Source of the DNA: Chloropicon primus
Taxonomy: Eukaryota
Assembly: GCA_023205875.1 (NCBI GenBank)
Contig: CP060762.1
Span: 434,001-498,000, forward strand
Length of the DNA stretch: 64,000 bases
Direction of reading: 5' to 3'
Shown: piece after piece, positions 31,999 through 43,641 of the stretch
Layout of the letters: every line of letters begins with the position of its first letter
Position numbering within the stretch: the first letter of the stretch is position 1
Position numbers and translations under genes: made by a program
Notes under the pieces: model-generated
What the model saw: the letters and a program-made list of their open reading frames with translations, nothing else
What the model was told of the DNA's origin: nothing
The model's database searches: none

Positions 31999-33447
31999 AT
32001 GTTTGGTGGTGGTGACAACAGGCTAGCTGAGGCTCATGCAATGGAGCGGAAGAATGACGAGCCCTTTGACTACCGCGAGAGGGCCAAGGAGGAGCTCTTC
32101 TTGGACCCAGAGGGAGCAGCTTTCAAGGATGGACCAGGTGAAGTGATGTTTGGCAACCACAACATCAGTGCCCTCCTGACTCCTGCGGACTTCAAGAACG
32201 AGTTCACCTTGGGAAAGGAGAACGTGGCTTGGAGGGCCAAGTTTCCTGCAAAGTTCGAGGAGCTCTGCTTCGGCAAGAGGAACATCGACAACAAGCCCAT
32301 CAAGCTCAAGTACTGGAAGCCGGACGGGTACTCCCAGGAGGAGCTCAAGATCTGTCACAAGGTTCTCATCGATGGGGAGCCTTTTGATCCTCAGATCGTG
32401 GACCACCGATGGAGCGACGGGGCCCCGTTCCATCAGGAGAACGAGAAGGAGATGGCCAGGAGGAATGGCAGTGTCAGGGCGAGCCACGGGTTCTTCCCTC
32501 CTTTCAACAACCACGGCGAGCAGTGCAACGAGATATGGAACGCCGATAACACGGGGGAGGACCCCGGGCCGGATGGCTACTTCAATGGCGGCTTGCTCCT
32601 CATGGGAGACGGCCTGGACCCTGCCTACAAGAAGCACTGGCATTGGTGGTACCCTCAGGCCATGCTTCAGAGGAAGCTGACGCCAGGCTCGTCACACGAA
32701 ATCACGGTTGAGGTTTACCTCTGGCTCCTCGCTGCGCCCGAGACGGTTGGCATGGTCCCCGAGGAGACGTGGAAGGAGAAGGCGGCTTGGGTCCGCGACC
32801 CTCAGATCGCTCAGAAGCATAAGCAGAGAGGGGACTTCAAGAGGGAAATCTTCGGCGACGGAATGATCCCTCTGCCCATCACGCAGTGCCTCGCCAGGGG
32901 AACGTTCACCTTGCATGTCCCAGCGGACCTGCGCCCCACGGGCCTCATGCCCCGTTACCCCAAGGGGCTGTCGAACATCAAGGAGGGCCCAATCGTTGCG
33001 ATCGAGAAGTCGATGAACATCGCCCTTGAGGCCTTCGTGAGGAACAACCAATCGTACGCCAAGGAGATCTTCCTGACGTGCAACATCGTCAACGACAAGG
33101 GTGACGTCAATGCGGAGACTTTCACCGAGGATGACGTCTGGCAGTACCAGACCTACAACGAGAAGGAGAGGCAGACCGATAGCAACGGAAGGGAGGTCAC
33201 CATAACGCGCAAGAAGGAACGGTGGGTCGTGAACGGATTGGCTTACTTTTACAGGAGGCCAGGCGTTTGGAAGGACGACGACACGCATTGTCAGACCGGT
33301 ATCGTCATGGCAGCCTTCTCCTTTGTCGGCTCCGGGAATCAGAAGGCGCTCCCCGTCACGGCGTGGGGTCACGACGCCTTCTTGCAGAACGTGCCAGTCG
33401 ACATCCTCACGGACGAGGACAAGGAAATCTCAAACTTCAAGCCTTGA
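31999..33447 (+). CDS. Hypothetical protein (482 aa)
   Basis: Long ORF with the same GC3 codon bias as neighbouring genes; no family recognised. Confidence 0.8.
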   Translation: MFGGGDNRLAEAHAMERKNDEPFDYRERAKEELFLDPEGAAFKDGPGEVMFGNHNISALLTPADFKNEFTLGKENVAWRAKFPAKFEELCFGKRNIDNKPIKLKYWKPDGYSQEELKICHKVLIDGEPFDPQIVDHRWSDGAPFHQENEKEMARRNGSVRASHGFFPPFNNHGEQCNEIWNADNTGEDPGPDGYFNGGLLLMGDGLDPAYKKHWHWWYPQAMLQRKLTPGSSHEITVEVYLWLLAAPETVGMVPEETWKEKAAWVRDPQIAQKHKQRGDFKREIFGDGMIPLPITQCLARGTFTLHVPADLRPTGLMPRYPKGLSNIKEGPIVAIEKSMNIALEAFVRNNQSYAKEIFLTCNIVNDKGDVNAETFTEDDVWQYQTYNEKERQTDSNGREVTITRKKERWVVNGLAYFYRRPGVWKDDDTHCQTGIVMAAFSFVGSGNQKALPVTAWGHDAFLQNVPVDILTDEDKEISNFKP

Positions 33448-33842
33448 GGCCTTTGGGGAGGGGGGTTTGCCTTTTTTTATTTGAGTTATTTGAATTATTG
33501 AGCTATTCGTCACAAGAAGCGGAAGCGATCGTCCCGTTCCTTCCGAGCGTCTTGCCAACCCCCCTCTAATCATTTCCAACCCCTTCAGGTTGCTCTGCCC
33601 AATGCCGATGGCTTCCTCACTCTTCCTGCTTGACCTTGACAATGGAACGGGCCTTCTTGCGTCGTCTTCTCTTCGACGGAGGACGAGGAGCAGCTTTGCC
33701 GAGCCCGACCTCTTCGAGGTACTCTCTCTTCACAATGCATTGTTCCTTGTCGCTCAGCTTAAGAGATGCGTCCGCAAAGATGATCCTCAACGCCTCGTTG
33801 TAGTCCGCGATCTCCCTCTTCCTCTCCACCAACTCACAAACC

Positions 33843-34028
33843 AACTTTGAGGAATCCTCTGCCAACGAGTCCACTGTCCTCTCAAAGGAAGGACCACTCC
33901 CTTTGTCAAAACCTTCCACCGAGGTATCAATCGAAAGCCCGTGAGAAGCCCTTCCGTTTCCTTAGCATCTCCTCCCTTTTCTAGCCACCGTCCTTGCACA
34001 AAAGTTCTTCGAAACACACCTTCCCCTT
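33843..34028 (-). repeat. Diverged dispersed element, about 190 bp, related to 60805-60999 (core also at 50538-50592)
   Basis: Shared GACCACTCC..CAAA..CCTTC..CCGAGGTATCAATCGAAAGCCC.TGAGA...CTTCCGTT..TGCACAAA..CACCTTCCC. Confidence 0.75.
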
Positions 34029-34311
34029 GGACCGCTGGATGATACCCCTGGGGAACGGCCGTTGAAGATAAGAGTGATCTTCGCTTCGTCCGACGGAAAA
34101 GAAAGCGCGAGAGAGAGAGAGAGAGAGAGAAGAGGACGAAAGAAAACTGAGGTACGGGACACGAACGAGAGGGGAGGCGAGGAGTTCGATTGGATGGACG
34201 GATGATCCGTCTCTTGCTCTTTCGAACGAAGCCTCTGGGGACGAATTTGGTGGCATCACGAGGATGTATCCGACTGAATTGTTTTTGATTTCTCTTTGCG
34301 TTTGAGTTGAT

Positions 34312-34342
<31 letters not shown>

Positions 34343-34363
34343 GAGGACGAGGGCTGAAGCGCG

Positions 34364-35752
34364 ATGTTGTCCCTATCGAAGAAGCTTGTGAAGAGCGCTG
34401 GGATCAGGTCCCTCGCGACCGCGCAGAGGAGCATGTCCTCCGCCGTGCCGGACTTTTGGAAGGACGTGGAGGAGGCGCCACGTGATCCCATCCTCGGAGT
34501 TACCGAGAAGTTCTTGGCCGACCAGAACCCTGACAAGATGAACCTCGGAGTGGTAAGCATCGCCGGTCATCATCGTGACGCGTTCTCGGCTCGAATTCAT
34601 CTGACTTTTCTTTCCCCGGCTTGCTTTTTCTTCGTGATCTTCTTATTTTCTTTCTCACAGGGAGCTTACCGTGACGACGATGGCAACCCGGTGGTCCTCC
34701 AGTGTGTCCGCGAAGCGGAGAAGCAGATCATGGGAAACAAGTTCATGGAGTACTTGCCGATGGGCGGCTTCAAGGAGTTCTGCGACCACTCGATCAAGCT
34801 GGCTTACGGGGATGACAACTCTTTGGTCAAGGCCAACAAGATCGCTGCCGTGCAGAGTCTTTCCGGAACCGGGTCGTGCCGCCTCATGGCGGACTTCATG
34901 AAGAAGTTCAAGCCCGGCGCGAAGGTTTACATCACCGTTCCGACGTGGTCCAACCACCACAACATCTGGGGTGACGCCGGCGTCGAGAAGGAGACCTTCA
35001 GGTACTACAAGCCTGAGACCAGGGGACTCGACTTCGATGGCATGATGGAGGACATCGCTGCCGCGGAGGGGGGCAGCTTCTTCTTGCTCCACGCTTGCGC
35101 CCACAACCCAACGGGCGTGGACCCAACCGCGGACCAGTGGAAGGAGGTCAGCAAGCTGATGAGGGAGAAGGGCCACTTCCCATTCTTCGACATGGCGTAC
35201 CAGGGCTTCGCCTCCGGTGACTGCGTGAAGGACGCCCAGGCCATCGATATTTTCCTCAAGGACGGTCACATGGTGGGCTGCTCCCAGTCCTACGCCAAGA
35301 ACATGGGATTGTACGGCCAGAGGATCGGATGCTTCAGCCTGACTTGCAACAGCGAGGAGGAGAAGACCGCCGTCGAGAGCCAGATGAAGAGGATCGCCAG
35401 GGCCACCTACTCCAACCCTCCCCTCCACGGGGCTCTCCTCGTCTCGACCGTGTTGGGCGACCCAGCCCTCAAGGCTTTGTGGTACGACGAGGTCAAGGGC
35501 ATGGCCGACCGCATCATCGGCATGAGGTCCTCCCTGAGGGAGAACCTCGAGAAGGTCTCCGGGGACAAGTGGCAGCACGTGACCGACCAGATCGGTATGT
35601 TCTGCTTCACCGGCATGACCCCCGAGCAGGTCGACGCTATTTATGAAAAGAGCATCTACATGACGAGGAACGGGCGTATCTCCATGGCCGGAGTCACCAC
35701 GAAGAACGTCGAGAGGCTTGCCAAGGCCATCATTGAGGTCACCTCCACTTAA
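34364..35752 (+). CDS. Mitochondrial aspartate aminotransferase; exons 34364-34552, 34661-35752
   Basis: NLGV|GAYR, HACAHNPTG, DMAYQGFASG, PLP lysine SYAKNMGLYGQR; presequence. Confidence 0.95.
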   Translation: MLSLSKKLVKSAGIRSLATAQRSMSSAVPDFWKDVEEAPRDPILGVTEKFLADQNPDKMNLGVVSIAGHHRDAFSARIHLTFLSPACFFFVIFLFSFSQGAYRDDDGNPVVLQCVREAEKQIMGNKFMEYLPMGGFKEFCDHSIKLAYGDDNSLVKANKIAAVQSLSGTGSCRLMADFMKKFKPGAKVYITVPTWSNHHNIWGDAGVEKETFRYYKPETRGLDFDGMMEDIAAAEGGSFFLLHACAHNPTGVDPTADQWKEVSKLMREKGHFPFFDMAYQGFASGDCVKDAQAIDIFLKDGHMVGCSQSYAKNMGLYGQRIGCFSLTCNSEEEKTAVESQMKRIARATYSNPPLHGALLVSTVLGDPALKALWYDEVKGMADRIIGMRSSLRENLEKVSGDKWQHVTDQIGMFCFTGMTPEQVDAIYEKSIYMTRNGRISMAGVTTKNVERLAKAIIEVTST

Positions 35753-35867
35753 TGCCACATGGCACATCACTTTTCCATTCCTTCCTTGGCCTCAGACACC
35801 TGGGCAAAAGCAAAAGCAAAAAGGCAAAGCAGGAGAAGCAAATTTTTTAATCCATTTTTATCAAGCC

Positions 35868-37334
35868 ATGGAGCCATGGCCCAAGGAGGGCAACGTCCGC
35901 CGTCACTTGAAGTCCAAGGAGCGAACGTCCGTCTACAACGTCCTCCGAAGCATTTACGAGGACTCGTTGCTCGTCCAAGAAGTCTCTGACCTCCTGCCTC
36001 GTGTCCCGGTCCTCGCCAACCTTCGTTGCGGAGCATGGTACCACGCCAAGTACGATGGCGACTGCTACTTCAAGTCCACGGACGGCCACTGCAACCATTG
36101 GCAGTTCAGCTTCACGAGGCTCAACGCTCACGTGGCGAGGACTGCAGCGGAATGCGGTGGCGTGTTGCTCATCGACTCGACCAAGTCAAGCGTCAAGAGG
36201 ACTCCTGACAGCTTCTCCAGGACGGTGCCGATATGGTGCTGCGTGGTGAACCGAGCGCTGGGCCTCGTCATGAAGGCGGAGGAGGCGGAGGAGGAGGAGG
36301 AACGGCCGCCTCAGTGGGACGATGCCCTGCACCTGCCGAGCTGGGTGTCGGACATGGAAGCCAGCGAGATTGAGAAGCGCCTGGAGGGCTGGAGCCAAAA
36401 GCTTGCGAGCACGCAAAGGTCTCTCCTACTGGAGCTGTCGGGCAAGCTGAGGAGGCCCTTGAGGGCCTTGTGGCTCTCGGAGGAGAGCTTCATTTGGGAT
36501 CAAGTGACCGTGGAAGACAGGGAGGGCTTCCCGTTCACCCCGGTGTATTTGCTGGCGTGTTCGAAGTTTGGGGAGTATCCCAGAACAAGCTCCGAAAAGT
36601 TTTGTGACTTCAGCTGGAGGTACCTCAGGGGGGCGGCGGACGACCACGAGTCGTGGGCCGAGGGGCTGACGCCAAAGATCTTTTGGAGCCACCACGAGGT
36701 GCTGCTGAGGACGGATCCGGAGGACATCGATCAAGTCGTGGAGGACTTGGTGAAGGCGGAGGGGCTGCAGTACGGCGCGGGCTTTGCGGGGAAGCGGCTG
36801 AGCCAGAGGATCTCATCGTGCTCAGCGGGGGGCACGGGGATCTCCTGGATAGGGAACCTCGGCATTGGCATTTGCTCTGCCAAGGCTTTGTCGTCCCTGG
36901 ACGCGGAGACCAAAGCGGGCGCTGCTTGCTTGAACTGCTCGACTTCCACCCGCCTGGAAGATCTCGAGCCCGTCAAGCACATCGAGGTCCTTCCCCACAA
37001 GTTCGATCGATTTTCGCTCCAGAACGCTCTCGAGGAGGCGACCGCTTTCATCTCCAAGAACGCCCGCGAGGGCAGGAGACTCGTCGTGACTTGCGACGAC
37101 GGACAGGATATCTCTCCTGCGGTGGTGGCAGCGTACCTGTTGCTGTTCGGAGTGAGCACAAGCGCAAGTCGGGAAGAATGCCAGGGCGCTGCGAACAGGT
37201 CGACTGGCGGGAAATACACGAAAGAGGACGTGAGGAGTGCGGTGTCGTGCGTTACCCAGTACTGTCCAGCTGCCCACCCCTCGCGAGGCAGCATAAAGCA
37301 AGTCTACAACTTTCTCATTCGGACGGGCACGTAA
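35868..37334 (+). CDS. RIT1: Initiator tRNA A64 2'-O-phosphoribosyltransferase
   Basis: ANLRCGAWY, YFKSTDGH, PDSFSRTVPIWC, GAADDHESWA, PSRGSIKQV. Confidence 0.9.
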   Translation: MEPWPKEGNVRRHLKSKERTSVYNVLRSIYEDSLLVQEVSDLLPRVPVLANLRCGAWYHAKYDGDCYFKSTDGHCNHWQFSFTRLNAHVARTAAECGGVLLIDSTKSSVKRTPDSFSRTVPIWCCVVNRALGLVMKAEEAEEEEERPPQWDDALHLPSWVSDMEASEIEKRLEGWSQKLASTQRSLLLELSGKLRRPLRALWLSEESFIWDQVTVEDREGFPFTPVYLLACSKFGEYPRTSSEKFCDFSWRYLRGAADDHESWAEGLTPKIFWSHHEVLLRTDPEDIDQVVEDLVKAEGLQYGAGFAGKRLSQRISSCSAGGTGISWIGNLGIGICSAKALSSLDAETKAGAACLNCSTSTRLEDLEPVKHIEVLPHKFDRFSLQNALEEATAFISKNAREGRRLVVTCDDGQDISPAVVAAYLLLFGVSTSASREECQGAANRSTGGKYTKEDVRSAVSCVTQYCPAAHPSRGSIKQVYNFLIRTGT

Positions 37335-37838
37335 CAGTTACCACAGAGGAATACAACATGCTTCCACCCCCCTTCCCTTCCCTCTCGGGTCCTCCAAGCC
37401 TTCCCCACTTGAGCTTGAATCCTGGTGATGACGGTGAAAGCCTCCCCCTCTGTTGCCCCTGGCCTCAAATTCCCCTAATTCTTTCGAGGGAGGGTGGAGT
37501 CAAACGAAAGCAGAAGAGAAAAGGAGACGACTCGGTGCCCCTCCCGCCTTCCATCCCCTTCCTCCCTTTCCCCCTTGATGGCCTTCTTCCTTCCATCTTG
37601 TCCTTCTTCAGAGGAGAAAGAGAGACAGAGTGGGAGGAGCCTGAATTTATGTCATTGCGCGCCGGCTTACCTTAGGCGGCATTGAGGGCAACAGGCGGCA
37701 ATCACTTGGATTGAGTTGGGTTAACGGAGGCAAGGGAACTGATTGACTTTAAGGACAGACCAAGAAGTCTACATCCCTCATCCACTTTTGTCCTTGTTTC
37801 GTGTCCGTCCAACAACAACAACAACCAACAAGTTGAAG

Positions 37839-38795
37839 ATGACGAGGGTTGGGACCAAGATGGCCAACTTGGGCCAGTGCTTCGCCTTCAGCCTTTGCTT
37901 GATAGGTTTGGCTGCCTTGATGGGTGCAGAGTTGGGCGAGGCGCAGGTGCCTGTCACCGGTGGTGGTGCTGAGCTCGTCGGAGGAGAGAAATCTTGCGTG
38001 TGGAAGTCAAAATCTGGGAAGACTTTCGACTTGAACGATCTTTCGTCGCCCTCGGGACACTATGCCACTGATTGGGTGAAGGGAAGCATCTACTTCGACA
38101 AGTATTACTTTCAGCTTTGCGGCCAGATGCACTTCGCTGGACAGAACGGGCCATACACCGAGTGCAATTCCACCCTCGGTTGTCCAACAAGCTGCTCTGG
38201 TGGTGCCAACAGCTGCGGGAACTCTTGCTCTGCTTTGCAACTTCAGAACGATCCACGTTCTTACATGTTTAGTTACACCTACTGCCATACCCTTGGCCAG
38301 GCTAGGAACGGGCTCACTTCCTTCCAGCTGCTCGATGAGGTGAAGCCATCCAAGGGAGTCAAGTACGTGATGAACGGCGGTGACTCTTGTGGAACCAATG
38401 GGCAAATTGTGAACCACACCTTCACGGTGAACATAGTTTGTGACAAGAAGGTCAAGAAACTTCCATCGACGTTCACGGTAAGCACTGTGAACGATTGCGC
38501 GTATGAGACGACGATCTCACACAGATCCGGTTGCCCCAAGTCCGGTGGAGCAAGCGGTGGCCTCACGTTCGGTGGCGTGTTTTTGATCACGTTCTTCTGC
38601 GGGGGCTTCACGTACTTTGTCGGCTTCTTCGCTTACAACATGAAGTTTGCTCAGCTTGTTGGCATGGACGCGATCCCGCACAAGGACTTTTGGATGGAGC
38701 TGCCAGGATTGGCCAAGGACGGCGTCTTCTTCACCTGGGAGAAGATTCAGGAGCTCGTCTCCAAGACGAGGGCGGCGTACACGACCTTGAGGTAA
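37839..38795 (+). CDS. Mannose-6-phosphate receptor homology / ATG27-like type I membrane protein
   Basis: Signal peptide, Cys-rich MRH-like domain, TM helix, cytosolic IPHKDFWMELPGLAKDG and terminal YTTL. Confidence 0.8.
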   Translation: MTRVGTKMANLGQCFAFSLCLIGLAALMGAELGEAQVPVTGGGAELVGGEKSCVWKSKSGKTFDLNDLSSPSGHYATDWVKGSIYFDKYYFQLCGQMHFAGQNGPYTECNSTLGCPTSCSGGANSCGNSCSALQLQNDPRSYMFSYTYCHTLGQARNGLTSFQLLDEVKPSKGVKYVMNGGDSCGTNGQIVNHTFTVNIVCDKKVKKLPSTFTVSTVNDCAYETTISHRSGCPKSGGASGGLTFGGVFLITFFCGGFTYFVGFFAYNMKFAQLVGMDAIPHKDFWMELPGLAKDGVFFTWEKIQELVSKTRAAYTTLR

Positions 38796-38891
38796 AATAG
38801 TTTTCTTTTTCAGGTGCTTTGAGGGTACAAAGTGTAAAGCAACGCTTTGAAGTATACATTATCGTTCTCTAGTGCCACTCCCAGGTCACGC

Positions 38892-40566
38892 CTAATACTT
38901 TAACAGCCTTTGAACGCTGAGCTTTGCTGTCTTCATGCCGACCGATTCGAGGACACCGCTCTGCTTCGACATCACCGAGTAGATCACGAACAAGTCGTCG
39001 CCCACGATCTGCATTGTCGGGTACGCGAACTGCAACTCCGGATCCGTCTCCAGGTGAGCCACCGTCGTCCAGAAGACGCCCCCGTCTTTGGAAACGGCGA
39101 GCGATAGCGGAGTCCGCTTCATCGACGAATGATTGTACGTAGCGAGAACGTTCCCGTTGGGCAGCTCCAGGATGCACATCTTGCTGTTTGGGTTCGGCAA
39201 GTATGTCCTCACGGGATCCGTCCAAGTGCGCCCCATGTCACGGGAGTACCCTCTGTAAGCCTGACCCGCTTTCGTCCGAAACATTTGAAGGAGAACCCCG
39301 TGCTTCTGCACCTCCGCGATCGAGCTCTCGATGAGCCAAGTGTCCTTGTTGCTGACCTCTCCGCTGGTGTGCCAGCTCAACCCCTGGTTTTCCGTGTAGA
39401 CCACGCTCGCCGAGCCATTAACCCACTGGCTTCTAGGCAAGCCGGACCTGATCACGGGGCAGGTCCTTCCCGGCTCCCTCCAGTACGGCAGCAGCCACGC
39501 TCCGTTGGAAAGGACAGTGAGCTTGTTGGCGATGACTTTGGGCACCCCGTAAGGTTGCCCAGAACGAGAATTGGCCTTGTCTTCAAGAAGGCCACCCGAC
39601 CCTTCGCCTTCCGAGGACTCGCTGACCTTGCTCTCGCCCGCACCCGCCCCTGTCGTTGCGGGCTCTTGCTCCTCGTACGCCAAGAGCTTCTGGGGGAAGG
39701 TCCAAGAGCTCCCGTTGTTATCGCTCGAAACGAAGAAGACATCCCCACCTGGAGAGAAAGAGAGAGGAGAAACGTGTAACGCGTGGTGTGGCCGTTAGCG
39801 CCCAGTGGGCTCTGAACAAGCTGGATCTTTCGCCCCCTCCTGCATTACCTGGAGAGTGCCTCATTACTCCCTTGGACTTGTCAAAGTACTCGCAGAACTT
39901 GGTCGACTTGCTGTAGAAGAGAAAGATTCTGTCCTCGCTCCTGTGCGCGACGGGGCTCCAGATGGGCAGCTTCCGGTTCGAGCTTATCAGCGTCTGAGGG
40001 TGATTCCAAGTCGCCCCGTGGTCATCGCTGACCGACCAATAGATGCTCTGATCGAAGACGCCCTCGAACCTGCTCTCGGAGGACTGGAAGAAAGCGGCCA
40101 CAGAACCATTCGGCAGCTGCTCCAGCATCCCCATGTGCATGTACCGCAACCTCGAGACCCTCGAGTCCCCCCTCGCATTCAGCCTCTTGTAGAACTGGTA
40201 CCCATCCGCTTCGATCTCTTTCTTCTCCGCAGCATCCTCCGCGTCCTTCTCGGGGCCGTTACTCGGCTTGACATAGGACAGGTGGACGAAACTGTAGCTC
40301 ACGTCCGCTTGGGAGTACAAGAGGTACTTGTCCTTCCTCGCCTCGTAAGAGAACGCAAGGGCCGTGCCCAAAGCCGCAACCAGGCACACGGAGGCCAACA
40401 CGACCTTCACCAGGTAACAAAGAATCCCGGAGTGAGGGAACAACCACGAGAGTTGCCCCTTGTTCCGAGAGCTTGTCCTATCTTTCACACCGCCTCGTGA
40501 GCCAGAACGTTTGTGTGGGGTGGACTCCAAGTCCTTTGGGGGAGGAGACACTACGCCCCGTCTCAT
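38892..40566 (-). CDS. Membrane-anchored BNR/Asp-box (sialidase-like) protein; exons 40566-39849, 39748-38892
   Basis: Asp boxes SDDHGATW, SDNNGSSW, TENQGLSW, SRDMGRTW, SKDGGVFW; LPNPNS, RTPL, YP motifs; N-terminal TM; a 100-nt intron joins the two ORFs. Confidence 0.85.
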
Positions 40567-41263
40567 GGATATGATTCGATATCTGGCAAGCTACCTTCAG
40601 GACCGACACTTTCGCTCCCTTCTGCCCATGCCTCTTCCCTTCAGGACCAAACAGGATAACGTTATCCTGTCGTGTTGCCAGCAGTCCCCTCCCTCTACGA
40701 ACGTTTCCTTGAGAACGATACGATACCTTCTTTAGGCAAGCCAAGATGGTTAGCTGTGAAGCTGGAAGACAACAGCGAACCTCGTTGGGTGACGCACCGC
40801 CCCTTTCGCCCCCTCCACACCTCGGTGTCTCAATACCTTTGGCTTCCTCCAAAACAATCGATATAGGGTTGGTTGGTTGGATGGATGCTCCAGTGTGACT
40901 CTTGTGTGACTGAAAGTTTTCGTGAAGCCAAGATGGGACCAAGGTGGAAGACACCAGTGAACCTCGTTGGATGTTGTGATGGTCTTGTCCTCCCACGAGC
41001 CCTCACTTCCTCAAAGATGCGACCTTTGTGCCCATCAGTCCATCCTTTGTCCAATCGGACTCTTTGAGAGAAGTATCCTCCAAGCTCTCTCTCTCTCTCT
41101 CAAAGGTGTGAGGACGAGGACGAAGGCGAGTGAGTCATCGTGTTGCCGCGACTAGGTGACGGGACCCGAGGAAGGTGACCAGGTCTCTGGAACGGAACAA
41201 AACGGAATTCATTTCATTTCATTTCATCTGCATCACTCAAAGGTTGTTGGAGTCTCCTCGACC

Positions 41264-41743
41264 ATGGCGAAGGTTCCGGTGAAGAGAGGTAGCGTGAAGG
41301 CTCGGTCGAGCTTCTTCGAGGGTTTGGTGGAGGACAATACACCGGAGAAGGACAAGAAGGACAAGGAAGAGTCTCCTGCTGACAAAATTGGCAAGCCAAA
41401 GTGGATGCAAGATTTGGCTAGAAGTAAGTCACCACCCCTTTGATGGAATGGGTTCCCGAAACAGTACCACGCCCTTGGCCGTGCTCCTCATCCCTGAACC
41501 GATTGTTAAGTGCTGGCATACTGACTGACCTCGATGACCTGAGCAGAAACGGATGCACACGATGGAGTGGTGGACAAGCAGCTCAAGTCGAAGCTTCGAG
41601 AGCGGAAAATGATCACAGATGGGCGGACACCGAAGAAACTTCCACCGCGAGAGAGCCAGAAGGCAGAGTCACCGGAGCTCGCTGCCATGCTGCAGAAGGC
41701 CAGGGCCAGGGCTGAGGCTGAGGCTGAAGCCGAGGAAAACTAG
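41264..41743 (+). CDS. Small hypothetical protein (118 aa); exons 41264-41423, 41547-41743
   Basis: ACCATGG start, GTAAGT..CTGAC..CAG intron, spliced frame open to TAG at 41741. Confidence 0.6.
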
Positions 41744-42000
41744 GAGAGGAGTGCCGGAGTCGAGTCAAGAACGAAGAAGTCTCTTGAGGAGCACACGGGG
41801 CTTGAAGTAACTATTCTTGATTTAAAAGATAATACAGATACAACTTACTTTCCAAGACCTTCCAAGCAGCTTCACCTCGAAAGTAAGAGATGACCTTGTT
41901 ACTCGGAAGTGGCTTTCTGTCCAGGTTTTGGCTACGTCCATTCTTTGTCCTCCAGCAGGCTAGCCACCTCTCCTTCCTTCTCCCTCCCTCGAGCGCTGCG

Positions 42001-42035
<35 letters not shown>

Positions 42036-42078
42036 AGTTACACTGCTGTCCAAAGTCACTAGGAGGTCACTAGGAGGA

Positions 42079-43641
42079 TCAGAATCCCATCGAGTGCATC
42101 TCAAGCTCCCTCTTCGCTTTCAGGAACAAGGCAGCGGAGCACAGCCTGGCGTTGGAGTCTCGGGTGGCGTAATCGACCACGGTGTTGAACTTTTCTTGGT
42201 CACCCTGGACGCACTGGCCGAAAAGCTCGAAGAGTTCCTCAGGCTCCCTCAAGCAGAGGTACTCTTCCTCCTCGATCCCCCCGTTCATCGCGTCGGATGG
42301 GTAGATCAGAGAAAACGCGCCGAGCTCGTTGCCGTAGTTCTGGTTATCCGCGACGGACTTGACTTTGGGGGCGTTGAGGTCCGTCCTGATGGACGGGGCT
42401 CCGAAAACTCTGTCTGCATCCTTGGATTCGTTCCTGAAGCCCGACCGCAAGGACTTTCCCAGGTCAGGGTCAGGGTTCTGGTCGTCCATGGAATAGTCGC
42501 CGCAAATCAGTTGCTGCACGCCCCACTCTTCCACCCTTCTGCTCGGGACACCAAAGATGTGGTCGCTTCCGACGCCGACCCTGTTCCTCTGCCCAAGGTT
42601 CTTCGACTGGCCAAGCGTCTGAGTGTTCGCCAGCTTGAAGTCGGAGACGGCCCTTGGGATCAGCTTGGTGTTCTGCTCGATGTTTTGGGTCAGCGCCTTT
42701 GCGACGCCGTTGTGATAAGGCTGTTTCTCCGTGATGCCGAACACGTGGGCATCCGGCTTGAAGCCCGCGGCGTCCCAGTTGTAACCTCTTCTCCTCTGCT
42801 CACCCGGCGCGTAGTTTCCGTGCGTCCTCACGTACAGGTCGTGGAGATTCGACTCGGAGCCTTCGCCCTCCGTGCCTTCGGCGGCGGTGGCGGCGGTGTT
42901 CTCGTCCAGCTCCGTCCCGACGGGATAGATCAAACTTTTGGCTTCGGGGTTCTTGTCCTTGAACTTGGCATCAATCTTCGATCCAAACGTTGAGATGCTC
43001 TCGGGAATGATGTGGCCCCTGACCATGGACTTTCCGAGAGGATCGCGCTTGGCGCTCTCGTACACCTGCTCCCTCTGCTCCCTCTCCCATCTCATCAGGT
43101 CTGAAGTCGGGTAAGACTTCATCACTTGGTGCACGCTCTCGGGACGCTCGCCGATCGTGTTCGCGACATAACCAAAAGGACCATCCTTGACGACATCGTC
43201 CGCCAAACCGTAGTGCTTGACGATCTTGCCAGGCTCGTGGATAGTGCTTTGTCTGTACTTCTTTATTTCCGGCGGAGTCGAGGGCCTTTCGCCCATCGAG
43301 AGACAGAACTGAGCTCCCTCGTTGCTCACATCGTTCGTTTTGCCAGCCTAAATGTAATTGTAATGAATGAGAGAGAAGCCGAAGAGAGCAAGGGGCAAAG
43401 AGGTCAGTTGTTGTCCCAAACCAATGAACTGGAGCCTTCCAGTGTTGTCGTGGGCCAAGTCCTAGAGTTGTCAAGTCCAACACCCCACCCCTCACCCCCC
43501 AAGAAGCGGAGAGAGAGACAGAGAGAGAGAGACAGAGAGACATGGGAGGCCTTCCCACTTTTCACGTACCGGTCTGATGTGTGGCGAGGTGTCGTTCAGG
43601 GTGAACGTCCCTTTCTTTCCAAGCTGAGAGGCACCTGTCAT
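42079..43641 (-). CDS. EFHB: EFHB/FAP21-like axonemal protein; exons 43641-43570, 43347-42079
   Basis: RPSTPPEIKKYRQS, LYVRTHGNYAPGEQRRRGYNW, FGAPSIRTD, SVADNQNYG. Confidence 0.8.
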
